Assembly: GCA_051530055.1 (NCBI GenBank)
Contig: JBMGUZ010000008.1
Location: 9,813-73,812, forward strand
DNA length: 64,000 nt
DNA from: Neoechinorhynchus agilis
Taxonomy: Eukaryota > Animalia > Acanthocephala
Direction: 5' to 3'
The notes under the pieces are model-generated. The model was not told the origin of the DNA. It saw nothing but the letters and a program-made list of their open reading frames with translations, and did no database searches. Positions 36,501 through 51,500 of the stretch are shown here, in pieces. Both the position numbers and the translations under genes were made by a program. Position 1 is the stretch's first letter, and every line of letters begins with the position of its first letter.

Positions 36501-39500
36501 GTAGATTCGGAAAAGGCATCGTCATCCGTTGCGCCATCATGCATTTTCAGCAATCACGCGAATATACTTTACGGAAATTTCATCCTCGACTTGGACTATA
36601 GAAACCATATCTAAGCTCATTAAACAAGAAAAAATATTTAAATCAAAAAATAGTTAAATACAAATATCGTAGATTCGGGAAAAGCCTCTGTCATCCGTTG
36701 CGCCATCATGCATTTTCAGCAATCACGCGAATATACGGAAATTTCATCCTCGACTTGGACAATAGAAACGATATCTAAGCTCATTAAAAAGAAAAAATAT
36801 TTAAATCAAAAAAATAGTTAAATACAAATATCGTAGATTCGGAAAAGGCATCAGTCATCCGTTGCGCATTCATGCATTTTCAGCAATCACGCGAATGTAC
36901 GGAAATTTCATCCTCGACTTGGACTATAGAAACGATATCTAAGCTCATTAGAAAAGAAAAAATATTTAAATAAAAAAAATAGTTAAATACAAATATCGTA
37001 GATTCGGGAAAAGCCTCGGTCATCCGTTGCGCCATCATGCATTTTCAGCAATCACGCGAATAAATGGAAATTTCATCCTCGACTTGGACAATAGAAACGA
37101 TATCTAAGCTCATTAAACCAAAAATATTTAAATCCAAAAAAAATTAAATACAAATATCGTAGATTCGGGAAATGCCTCAGTCATCCGTTGCGCCATCATG
37201 CATTTTCAGCAATCACGCGAATATACGGAAATTTAATCCTCGACTTGGACTATAGAAACCATATCAAAGCTCATAAAAGAAAAAATATTTAAATCCAAAA
37301 AATAGTTAAATACAAATATCGTAGATTCGGGAAAAGCCTCAGTCATCCGTTGCGCCATCATGCATTTTCAGCAATCACGCGAATATACGGAAATTTCATC
37401 CTCGACTTGGACAATAGAAACGATATCTAAGCTCATTAAACAAAAAATATTGAAATCCAAAAAAAAATTAAATACAAATATCGTAGATTCGGGAAAAGCC
37501 TCAGTCATCCGTTGCGCCATCATGCATTTTCAGCAATCACGCGAATATACGGAAATTTCATCCTCGACTTGGACTATAGAAACGATATCTAAGCTCATTA
37601 AACAAGAAAAAATATTTAAATAAAAAAATAGTTAAATACAAATATCATAGATTCGGGAAAAGCCTCTGTCATCCGTTGCGCCATCATGCATTTTCAGCAA
37701 TCACGCGAATATACGGAAATTTCATCCTCGACTTGGACTATAGAAACCATATCTAAGCTCATTAAACAAGAAAAAATATTTAAATCAAAAAAATAGTTAA
37801 ATACAAATATCGCAGATTCGGGAAAAGCCTCAGTCATCCGTTGCGCCATCATGCATTTTCAGCAATCACGCGAATATACGGAAATTTCATCCTCGACTTG
37901 GACTATAGAAACCATATCTAAGCTCATTAAAAAAGAAAAAATATTTAAATCAAAAAAAAGTTAAATACAAATATCGTAGATTCGGGAAAAGCCTCAGTCA
38001 TCCGTTGCGCCATCATGCATTTTCAGCAATCACGCGAATATACGGAAATTTCATCCTCGACTTGGACTATAGATACCACATCTAAGCTCATTAAAAAAGA
38101 AAAAATATTTAAATCAAAAAATAGTTAAATACAAATATCGTAGATTCGGGAAAAGACTCAGTCATCCGTTGCGCCATCATGCATTTTCAGCAATCACGCG
38201 AATATACGGAAATTTCATAAGCTCATTAAACAAGAAAAAATATTTAAATAAAAAAAATAGTTAAATACAAATATCATAGATTCGGGAAAAGCCTCTGTCA
38301 TCCGTTGAGCCATCATGCATTTTCAGCAATCACGCGAATATACGGAAATTTCATCCTCGACCTTGACTATAGAAACCATATCGAAGCTCATTAAACAAGA
38401 AAAAATATTTAAATCAAAAAAATAATTAAATACAAATATCGCAGATTCGGGAAAAGCCTCTGTCATCCGTTGCGCCATCATGCATTTTCAGCAATATCGC
38501 GAATATACGGAAATTTCATCCTCGACTTGGACTATAGAAACCATATCTAAGCTCATAAAACAAGAAAAAATATTTAAATCCAAAAAATAGTTAAATACAA
38601 TTATCGTAGATTCGGGAAAAGCCTCTGTCATCCGTTACGCCATCATGCGTTTTCAGCAATCACGCGAATATACGGAAATTTCATCCTCGACTTGGACAAT
38701 AGAAACGATATCTAAGCTCATTAAACAAGAAAAAATATTTAAATAAAAAAATAGTTAAATAAAAATATCGCAGATTCGGGAAAAGCCTCAGTCATCCGTC
38801 GCGCCATCATGCATTTTCAGCAATCACGCGAATAAACGGAAATTTCATCCTCGACTTGGAAAATAGAAACGATATCTAAGCTCATTGAACAAGAAAAAAT
38901 ATACAAATCAAAAAAATAGTTAAATACAAATATCGTAGATTCGGGAAAAGCCTCAGTCATCCGTTGCGCAATCATGCATTTTCAGCAATCACGCGAATAA
39001 ACGGAAATTTCATCGTCGACTTGGACAATAGAAACGATATCTAAGCTCATTAAAAAAGAAAAAATATTTAAATCAAAAAATAGTTAAATACAAATATCGT
39101 AGATTCGGAAAAAGCCTCAGTCATCCGTGCGCCATCATGCATTTTCAGCAATCACGCGAAAACGGAAATTTCATCCTCGACTTGGACTATAGAAACATAT
39201 CTAAGCTTTAAAAAAAAAATATTTAAATAAAAAATGAATATCGGATCGGGAAAAGCTCGTCATCCGTGCGCCATATGTTTCAGCAATCACGCGAATAAGG
39301 AAATTTCATCCTCGACTTGGAATAGAAACGATATCTAAGCTCATTAAAAAAAATATTAAATAAAAAAATTAATACAAATATCTAGATTCGGGAAAAGCCT
39401 CAGTCACCGTTCGCATATGATTTTCGCAATCACGCGAATAACGGAAATTTATCTCACTGGACATAAAACATATCTAGCTCATAAAAAAAAAATATTAATC

Positions 39501-42500
39501 AAAAAATGTTAAATACAAATATCGAGATTCGGAAAAGCCTTAGTCATCCGTTGCGCCATCATGCATTTTCAGCAATCACGCGAATGTACGGAAATTTCAT
39601 CCTCGACTTGGACTATAGAAACGATATCTAGGCTCATTAGAAAAGAAAAAATATTTAAAAAAAAAATAGTTAAATACAAATATCGTAGATTCGGGAAAAG
39701 CCTCAGTCATCCGTTTCGCCATCATGCATTTTCTGCAATCACGCGAATATACGGAAATTTCATCCTCCACTTGGACTATATAAACGATATCTAGGCTCAT
39801 TAAACAAAAAAATATTCAAGTCAAAAAAATCGTTAAATACAAATATCGAAGATTCGGGAAAAAGCCTCAGCCATCCGTCGCGCCATCATGCATTTTCAGC
39901 AATCACGCGAACAAACGGAAATTTCATCCTCGACTTGGACTATAGAAACCATATCTAAGCTATTTAAACAAGAAAAAATATTTAAATCAAAAAAATAGTT
40001 AAATAAAAATATCGATGAATCGGGAAAAGCATCTGTCATCCGTTGCGCCATCATGCATTTTCAGCAATCACGCGAATAAATGGAAATTTCATCCTCGACT
40101 TGGACAATAGAAACGATATCTAAGCTCATTAAACAAAAAAAATATTTAAATAAAAAAAATGAATACAAATATCGTAGATTCGGGAAAAGCCTCAGTCATC
40201 CGTTGCGCCATCATGCTTTTCAGAATCACGCGAATATACGGAAATTTCATCCTCGACTTGGACTATAGAAACCATATCTAAGCTCATTAAACAAGAAAAA
40301 ATATTTAAATTAAAAAAATAGTTAAATAAAAACATCGAAGAATCGGGAAAAGCCTCTGTCATCCGTTGCGCCATTATGCACTTTCAGCAATCACGCGAAT
40401 AAATGGAAATTTCATCCTCGACTTGGACAATAGAAACGATATCTAAGCTCATTAAAAAAAATATTCAAATCCAAAAAAAATTAGATACAAATATCATAGA
40501 TTCGGGAAAAGCCTCAGTCACCCGTTGCGCCATCATGCATTTTCAGCAATCACGCGAACAAACGGAAATTTCATCCTCGACTTGGACTATAGAAACGATA
40601 TCTAAGCTCATTAAACAAGAAAAAATATTCAATTCAAAAAAATAGTAAAATACAAATATCGTAGATTCGGAAAAAGCCTCAGTCATCCGTTGCGCAATCA
40701 TGCATTTTCAGCAATCACGCGAATAAACGGAAATTTCATCCTCGACTTGGACAATAGAAACGATATCTAAGCTCATTAAACAAGAAAAAATATTTAAATA
40801 AAAAAAATGAATACAAATATCGTAGATTCGGGAAAAGCCTCAGTCATCCGTTGCGCCATCATGCATTTTCAGCAATCACGCGAATATACGGAAATTTCAT
40901 CCTCGACTTGGACTATAGAAACCATATCTAAGCTCATTAAACAAGAAAAAATATTTAAATAAAAAAAATAGTTAAATACAAATATCGTAGATTCGGGAAA
41001 AGCCTCTGTCATCCGTTGCGCCATCATGCATTTTCAGCAATCACGCGAATAAATGGAAATTTCATCCTCGACTTGGACAATAGAAACGATATCTAAGCTC
41101 ATTAAAAAAGAAAAAATAATTTAATAAAAAAAAGTTAAATACAAATATCATAGATTCGGGAAAAGCCTCAGTCACCCGTTGCGCCATCATGCATTTTCAG
41201 CAATCACGCGAACAAACGGAAATTTCATCCTCGACTTGGACTATAGAAACGATATCTAAGCTCATTAAACAAGAAAAAATATTCAATTCAAAAAAATAGT
41301 AAAATAACAAATATCGTAGATTCGGAAAAAGCCTCAGTCATCCGTTGCGCAATCATGCATTTTCAGCAATCACGCGAATAAACGGAAATTTCATCCTCGA
41401 CTTGGACAATAGAAACGATATCTAAGCTCATTAAATAAGAAAAAATATATAAATCAAAAAAATAGTTAAATACAAATATCGTAGATTCGGGAAAAGTTTC
41501 AGTCATCCGTTGCGCAATCATGCATTTTCAGCAATCACGCGAATATACGGAAATTTCATCCTCGACTTGGACTATAGAAACGATATCTAAGCTCATTAAA
41601 CAAGAAAAAATATTTAAATAAAAAAATAGTTAAATACAAATATCATAGATTCGGGAAAAGCCTCTGTCATCCGTTGCGCCATCATGCATTTTCAGCAATC
41701 ACGCGAATATACGGAAATTTCATCCTCGACTTGGACTATAGAAACGATATCTAAGCTCATTAAAAAAGAAAAAATATTTAAATCAAAAAAATAGTTAAAT
41801 ACAAATATCGTAGATTCGGGAAAAGCATCAGTCATCCGTTGCGCAATCATGCATTTTCAGCAATCACGCGAATATACGGAAATTTCATCCTCGACTTGGA
41901 CTATAGAAACGATATCTAAGCTCATTAAACAAGAAAAAATATTTAAATAAAAAATAGTTAAATACAAATATCATAGATTCGGGAAAAGCCTCTGTCATCC
42001 GTTGCGCCATCATGCATTTTCAGCAATCACGCGAATATACGGAAATTTCATCCTCGACCTTGACTATAGAAACCATATCTAAGCTCATTAAACAAGAAAA
42101 AATATTTAAATCAAAAAAATAGCTAAATAAAATATCGATGAATCGGGAAAAGCTTCTGTCATCCGTTGCGCCATTATGCTATTTCAGCAATCCCGCGAAT
42201 AAATGGAAATTTCATCCTCGACTTGGACAATAGAAACGATATCTAAGCTCATTAAACAAAAAATATTGAAATCCAAAAAAAAATTAAATACAAATATCGT
42301 AGATTCGGGAAAAGCCTCAGTCATCCGTTGCGCCATCATGCATTTTCAGCAATCACGCGAATATACGGAAATTTCATCCTCGACCTTGACTATAGAAACG
42401 ATATCTAAGCTCATTAAACAAGAAAAAATATTTAAATAAAAAAATAGTTAAATACAAATATCGTAGATTCGGGAAAAGCTCTGTCATCCGTTGCGCCATC

Positions 42501-45500
42501 ATGCATTTTCAGCAATCACGCGAATATACGGAAATTTCATCCTCGACTTGGACTATAGAAACCATATCTAAGCTCATTAAACAAAAAAAATATTTAAATA
42601 AAAAATAGTTAAATACAAATATCGTAGATTCGGGAAAAGCCTCTGTCATCCGTTGCGCCATCATGCATTTTCAGCAATCACGCGAATATACGGAAATTTC
42701 ATCCTCGACTTGGACATAACATATCTAGCTTAAAAAAAATTTAATAAAAAATAAATAGGTGGGGTTGTTGGTTGTTTGTGTAGGAAATTTCATCCTCGAC
42801 TTGACATAGAAACGATATCTAAGCTCATTAAAAAAAAAAAATTAAAATATCGATTCGGGAAAAGCTCAGTCATCCGTTGCGCCATCATGCATTTTCAGCA
42901 ATCACGCGAATATACGGAAATTTCATCCTCGACTTGGACTATAGAAACGATATCTAAGCTCATTAAACAAGAAAAAATATTTAAATAAAAAAATAGTTAA
43001 ATACAAATATCGATGATTCGGGAAAAGCCTCTGTCATCCGTTGCGCCATTATGCATTTTCAGCAATCACGCGAATATACGGAAATTTCATCCTCGACTTG
43101 GACTATAGAAACGATATCTAAGCTCATTAAACAAGAAAAAATATTTAAATAAAAAAAATAGTTAAATACAAATATCGTAGATTCGGGAAAAGCCTCTGTC
43201 ATCCGTTGCGCCATCATGCATTTTCAGCAATCACGCGAATATACGGAAATTTCATCCTCGACCTTGACTATAGAAACCATATCTAAGCTCATTAAACAAG
43301 AAAAAATATTTAAATCAAAAAAATAGTAAATAAAAATATCGTGATCGGGAAAAGCTCTGTCATCCGTTGCGCCATATGTTTCAGCAATCCGCGAATAAGG
43401 AAATTTCATCCTCGACTTGGACATAGAAACTATCAGCTCATTAAAAAAAATATTAAATCCAAAAAAATTAAATACAAATATCGTAGATTCGGGAAAAGCC
43501 TCAGTCATCCGTTGCGCCATCATGCATTTTCAGCAATCACGCGAATATACGGAAATTTCATCCTCGACCTTGACTATAGAAACCATATCTAAGCTCATTA
43601 AACAAGAAAAAATATTTAAATAAAAAAATAGTTAAATACAAATATCGTAGATTCGGGAAAAGCCTCTGTCATCCGTTGCGCCATATGCATTTTCAGCAAT
43701 CACGCGAATATACGGAAATTTCATCCTCGACTTGGACTATAGAAACCATATCTAAGCTCATTAAACAAAAAAATATTTAAATCAAAAAAATAGTTAAATA
43801 CAAATATCGCAGATTCGGGAAAAGCCTCTGTCATCCGTTGCGCCATGATGCATTTTCAGCAATCACGCGAATATACGGAAATTTCATCCTCGACCTTGAC
43901 TATAGAAACCATATCTAAGCTCATTAAACAAGAAAAAATATTTAATAAAAAAATAGTTAAATACAAATATCGCAGATTCGGGAAAAGCCTCAGTCATCCG
44001 TTGCGCCATCATGCATTTTCAGCAATCAAGCGAATATGCGGAAATTTCATCCTCGACTTGGACTATGGAAACGATATCTAAGCTCATTAAACAAGAAAAA
44101 ATATCTAAATCAAAAAAATAGTTAAATAAAAATATCGATGATTCAGGAAAAGCCTCAAGCTCATTAAACAAGAAAAAATATTTAAATCAAAAAAATAGTT
44201 AAATACAAATATCGTAGATTCGGGAAAAGCATCTGTCATCCGTTGCGGCATCATGCATTTTCAGCAATATCGCGAATATAGGGAAATTTCATCCTCGACT
44301 TGGACTATAGAAACCATATCTAACCTCATAAAACAAGAAAAAATATTTAAATCAAAAAAATAGTTAAATACAAATATCGTAGATTCGGGAAAAGCCTCTG
44401 TCACCCGTTGCGCCATCATGCATTTTCAGCAATCACGCGAATATACGGAAATTTTATCCTCGACTTGGACAATACAAACGATATCTAAGCTAATTAAACA
44501 AGAAAAAATATTTGAATAAAAAAATAGTTAAATAAAAATACCGATGAATCGGGAAAAGCCACTGTCATCCGTTGCGCCATTATGCATTTTCAGCAATCAC
44601 GCGAATAAATGGAAATTTCATCCTCGACTTGTACAATAGAAACGATATCTAAGCTCATTAAACAAAAAATATTTAAATCCAAAAAAATATTTAAATCAAA
44701 AAAATAGTTATTTAAAAATATCGATGAATCGGGAAAAGCTTCTGTCATCCGTTGCGCCATTATGCATTTTCAGCAATCACGCGAATATACGGAAATTTCA
44801 TCCTCGACTTGGACTATAGAAACCATATCTAAGCTCATTAAACAAGAAAAAATATTTAAATCAAAAAAATAGTTAAATAAAAATATCGATGAATCGGGAA
44901 AAGCCACTGTCATCCGTTGCGCCATTATGCATTTTCAGCAATATCGCGAATAAATGGAAATTTCATCCTCGACTTGGACTATAGAAACGATATCTAAGCT
45001 CATTAAACAAGAAAATATTTAAATAAAAAATAGTTAAATACAAATATCGTAGATTCGGGAAAAGCCTCTGTCATCCGTTGCATCATGCATTTTCAGCAAT
45101 CGCGAATAAGGAAATTTCATCCTCGACTTGGACTATAGAAACGATATCTAAGCTCATTAAACAAAAAAATATTTTAATCAAAAAATAGTTAAATACAAAT
45201 ATCGTAGATTCGGGAAAAGCCTCGGTCATCCGTTGCGCCATCATGCATTTTCAGCAATCACGCGAATATACGGAAATTTCATCCTCGACTTGGACTACAG
45301 AAACCATATCTAAGCTCATAAAACAAAAAATATTTAAATCAAATAAATAGTTAAATACAAATATCGAAGATTCGGGAAAAGCCTCAGTCATCCGTCGCGC
45401 CATCATGCATTTTCAGCAATCACGCGAATATACGGAAATTTCATCCTCGACTTGGACTATAGAAACCATATCTAAGCTCATTAAACAAGAAAAAATATTC

Positions 45501-48500
45501 AAATCAAAAAAATAGTATAATAAAAATATCGATGATTCAGGAAAAGCCTCAAGCTCATTAAACCAGAAAAAATATTTTAATCAAAAAATAGTTAAATACA
45601 AATATCGTATATTCGGGAAAAGCCTCAGTCATCCGTTGCGCCATCATGCATTTTCAGCAATATCGCGAATATACGGAAATTTCATCCTCGACTTGGACTA
45701 TAGAAACCATATCTAAGCTCAAAAAACAAGAAAAAATATTTAAATCCAAAAAATAGTTAAATACAAATATCGTAGATTCGGGAAAAGCCTCTGTCATCCG
45801 TTGCGCCATCATGCATTTTCAGCAATCACGCGAATATACGGAAATTTCATCCTCGACTTGGACAATAGAAACGATATCTAGGCTCATTAAACAAAAAATA
45901 TTTAAATCCAAAAAAATGAATACAAATATCGCAGATTCGGGAAAAGCCTCAGTCATCCGTTGCGCCATCATGCATTTTCAGCAATCACGCGAATATACGG
46001 AAATTTCATCCTCGACTTGGACTATAGAAACCATATCTAAGCTCATTAAACAAGAAAAAATATTTAAATCAAAAAAATAGTATAATAAAAATATCGATGA
46101 TTCAGGAAAAGCCTCAAGCTCATTAAAAAAGAAAAAATATTTTAATCAAAAAATAGTTAAATACAAATATCGTATATTCGGGAAAAGCCTCAGTCATCCG
46201 TTGCGCCATCATGCATTTTCAGCAATCACGCGAATATACGGAAATTTCTTCCTCGACTTGGACTATAGAAACGATATCTAAGCTCATTTAACAAGAAAAA
46301 ATATTTAAATAAAAAAATAGTTAAATACAAATATCATAGATTCGGGAAAAGCCTCTGTCATCCGTTGCGCCATCATGCATTTTCAGCAATCAGGCGAATA
46401 TACAGAAATTTCATCCTCGACTTGGACTATAGAAACGATATCTAAGCTCATTAAAAAAGAAAAAATATTTAAATCAAAAAAATAGTTAAATACAAATATC
46501 GTAGATTCGGAAAAGGCATCAGTCATCCGTTGCGCATTCATGCATTTTCAGCAATCACGCGAATATACGGAAATTTCATCATCGACTTGGACTATAGAAA
46601 CGATATCTAAGCTCATTAAACAAGAAAAAATATTCAAATCAAAAAAATAGTTAAATACAAATATCGTAGATTCGGGAAAAGCCTCTGTCATCCGTTGCGC
46701 CATCATGCATTTTCAGCAATCACGCGAATATACAGAAATTTCATCCTCGACCTTCGGGAAAAGCCTCAGTCATCCGTTGCGCCATCATGCATTTTCAGCA
46801 ATCACGCGAATATACGGAAATTTCATCCTCGAATTGGACAATAGAAACGATATCTAAGCTCATTAAAAAAGAAAAAATATTTAAATCAAAAAAATAGTTA
46901 AATACAAATATCGTAGATTCGGAAAAGGCCTCAGTCATCCGTTGCGCATTCATGCATTTTCAGAAATATCGCGAATATACGGAAATTTCATCCTCGACTT
47001 GGACTATAGAAACGATATCTAAGCTCATTAAACAAGAAAAAATATTTAAATAAAAAAATAGTTAAATACAAATATCATAGATTCGGGAAAAGCCTCTGTC
47101 ATCCGTTGCGCCATCATGCATTTTCAGCAATCACGCGAATATACAGAAATTTCATCCTCGACTTGGACTATAGAAACCATATCTAAGCTCATAAAACAAA
47201 AAATATTAAAATTAACAAAATAGTTAAATACAAATATCGAAGATTCGGGAAAAGCCTCAGTCATCCGTCGCGCCATCATGCATTTTCAGGAATAACGCGA
47301 ACAAACGGAAATTTCATCATCGACTTGGACAATAGAAACGATATCTAAGCTCATTAAAAAAGAAAAAATATTTAAATCAAAAAATAGTTAAATACAAATA
47401 TCGTAGATTCGGAAAAGGTCTTAGTCATCCGTTGCGCCATCATGCATTTTCAGCAATCACGCGAATGTACGGAAATTTACTCCTCGACTTGGACTATAGA
47501 AACGATATCTAAGCTCATTAGAAAAGAAAAAATATTTAAATAAAAAAAATAGTTAAATACAAATATCGTAGCTTCGGGAAAAGCCTCAGTCATCCGTTTC
47601 GCCATCATGCATTTTCAGCAATCACGCGAATAAATGGAAATTTCATCCTCGACTTGGACAATAGAAAAGATATCTAAGCTCATTAAACAAAAAAAATTTA
47701 AATAAAAAAAATGAATACAAATATCGTAGATTCGGGAAAAGCCTCAGTCATCCGTTGCGCCATTATGAATTTTCAGCAATCACGCGAATATGCGGAAATT
47801 TCATCCTCGACTTGGACTATAGAAAGCATATCATAGCTCATTAAACAAGAAAAAATATTTAAATTAAAAAAATAGTTAAATACAAATATCGATGATTCGG
47901 GAAAAGCCTCTGTCATCCGTTGCGCCATTTGCATTTTCAGCAATCACGCGAATAAATGGAAATTTCATCCTCGACTTGGACAATAGAAACGATATCTAAG
48001 CTCATTAAACAAAAAATATTTAAATCAAAAAAATTAATACAAATATCGTAGATTCGGGAAAAGCCTCAGTCATCCGTTGCGCCATCATGCATTTTCAGCA
48101 ATCACGCGAATATACGGAAATTTCATCCTCGACTTGGACATAGAAACGATATCTAAGCTCATTAAAAAAAAATATTAAATAAAAAAATTAAATACAAATA
48201 TCGTAGATTCGGGAAAAGCCTCAGTCATCCGTTGCGCCATCATGCTTTTCAGCAATCACGCGAATATACGGAAATTTCATCCTCGACTTGGACTATAGAA
48301 ACGATATCTAAGCTCATTAAACAAGAAAAAATATTTAAATAAAAAAATAGTTAAATAAAATATCATGATCGGGAAAAGCCTCTGTCATCCGTTGCGCCAT
48401 TATGCATTTTCAGCAATCACGCGAATATACGGAAATTTCATCCTCGACTTGGACAATAGAAACGATATCTAAGCTCATTAAACAAAAAATATTTAAATCC

Positions 48501-51500
48501 AAAAAAAATTAGATACAAATATCGTAGATTCGGGAAAAGCCTCAGTCATCCGTTGCGCCATCATGCATTTTCAGCAATCACGCGAATATACGGAAATTTC
48601 ATATCCGTTGCGCCATTATGCTATTTCGCAATCACGCGAATAAATGGAAATTTCATCCTCGACTTGGACAATAGAAACGATATCTAAGCTCATTAAACAA
48701 AAAATATTGAAATCCAAAAAAAATTAAATACAAATATCGTAGATTCGGGAAAAGCCTCAGTCATCCGTTGCGCCATCATGCATTTTCAGCAATCACGCGA
48801 ATATACGGAAATTTCATCCTCGACTTGGACTATAGAAACGATATCTAAGCTCATTAAACAAGAAAAAATATTTAAATCAAAAAAATAGCTAAATAAAAAT
48901 ATCGATGAATCGGGAAAAGCTTCTGTCATCCGTTGCGCCATTATGCATTTTCAGCAATCACGCGAATATACGGAAATTTCATCCTCGACTTGGACTATAG
49001 AAACCATATCTAAGCTCATTAAAAAAGAAAAAATATTTAAATCAAAAAAATAGTTAAATACAAATATCGTAGATTCGGGAAAAGCCTCAGTCATCCGTTG
49101 CGCCATCATGCATTTTCAGCAATCACGCGAATATACGGAAATTTCATCCTCGACTTGGACTATGATATCTAAGCTCATTAAACAAGAAAAAATATTTAAA
49201 TAAAAAAATAGTTAAATACAAATATCGTAGATTCGGGAAAAGCCTCAGTCATCCGTTGCGCCATCATGCATTTTCAGCAATCACGCGAATATACGGAAAT
49301 TTCATCCTCGATGACTATAGAAACCATATCTAAGCTCATTAAAAAAGAAAAAATATTTAAATCAAAAAATAGTTAAATACAAATATCGTAGATTCGGGAC
49401 AAGCCTCAGTCATCCGTTGCGCCATCATGCATTTTCAGCAATCACGCGAATATACGGAAATTTCATCGTCGACTTGGACTATAGAAACCACATCTTAGCT
49501 AAAAAAACAAAAAAATATTCCAGTCGAAAAAATAGTTAAATACAAATATCGTAGATTCGGGAAAAGCCTCTGTCATCCGTTGCGCCATCATGCATTTTCA
49601 GCAATCACGCGAATATACGGAAATTTCATCCTCGACTTGGACTATAGAAACCATATCTAAGCTCATTAAAAAAGAAAAAATATTTAAATCAAAAAATAGT
49701 TAAATACAAATATCGTAGATTCGGGAAAAGCCTCAGTCATCCGTTGCGCCATCATGCATTTTCAGCAATCACGCGAATATACGGAAATTTCATCCTTGAC
49801 TTTGACTATAGAAACCATATCTAAGCTCATAAAACAAAAAAATATTTAAATCAAAAAATAGTTAAATACAAATATCGTAGATTCGGGAAAAGCCTCAGTA
49901 ATCCGTTGCGCCATCATGCATTTTAAGCAATCACGCGAATATACGGAAATTTCATCCTCGACCTTGACTATAGAAACCATATCTAAGCTCATAAAACAAG
50001 AAAAAATATTTAAGTCGAAAAAATAGTTAAATACAAATATCGTAGATTCGGGAAAAGCCTCAGTCATCCGTTGCGCCATCATGCATTTTCAGCAATCACG
50101 CGAACAAACGGAAATTTCATCCTCGACTTGGACTATAGATACCACATCTAAGCTCATAAAACAAAAAAATATTTAGATCAAAAAAATAGTTAAATACAAA
50201 TATCGTAGATTCGGGAAAAGCCTCAGTCATCCGTTGCGCCATCATGATTTTTCAGCAATCACGCGAATATACGGAAATTTCATCCTCGACTTAGACTATA
50301 GAAACCATATCTAAGCTCATAAAACAAGAAAAAATATTTAAATCAAAAAAATAGTTAAATACAAATATCGTAGATTCGGGAAAAGCCTCAGTCATCCGTT
50401 GCGCCATCATGCATTTTCAGCAATCACGCGAATATACGGAAATTTCATCCTCGACTTGGACTATAGAAACCATATCTAAGCTCATAAAACAAGAAAAAAT
50501 ATTTAAATCAAAAAAATAGTTAAATACAAATATCGTAGATTCGGGAAAAGCTTCAGTCATCCGTTGCGCCATCATGCATTTTCAGCAATCACGCGAATAT
50601 ACGGAAATTTCATCCTCGATCTTGACTATAGAAACCATATCTAAGCTCATAAAACAAGAAAAAATATTTAAATAAAAAAATAGTTAAATACAAATATCGT
50701 AGATTCGGGAAAAGCCTCAGTCATCCGTTGCGCCATCATGATTTTTCAGCAATAACGCGAATATACGGAAATTTCATCCTCGACCTTGACTATAGAAACC
50801 ATATCTAAGCTCATTAAAAAAGAAAAAATATTTAAATAAAAAAAATAGTTAAATACAAATATCGTAGATTCGGGAAAAGCATCTGTCATCCGTTGCGCCA
50901 TCATGCATTTTCAGGAATCACGCGAATATATTGAAATTTCATCCTCGACTTGGACTATAGAAACCATATCTAAGCTCATAAAACAAAAAATATTTAAATC
51001 CAAAAAAAATTAAATAAAAATATCGATGAATCGGGAAAAGCCTCTGTCATCCGTTGCGCCATCATGCATTTTCAGCAATCACGCGAATAAATGGAAATTT
51101 CATCCTCGACTTTGACTATAGAAACGATATCTAAGCTCATTAAACAAAAAATATTTAAATCCAAAAAAATTAATACAAATATCGTAGATTCGGGAAAAGC
51201 CTCGTCATCCGTTGCGCCATCATGCATTTTCAGCAATCACGCGAATATACGGAAATTTCATCCTCGACTTGGACTATAGAAACATATCTAAGCTCATTAA
51301 ACAAAAAAATATTTAAATCAAAAAATAGTTAAATACAAATATCGTAGATTCGGGAAAAGCCTCTGTCATCCGTTGCGCCATCATGCATTTTCAGCAATCA
51401 CGCGAATATACGGAAATTTCATCCTCGACTTGGACTATAGAAACCATATCTAAGCTCATTAAACAAAAAATATTTAAATCAAAAAAAAGTTAAATACAAA

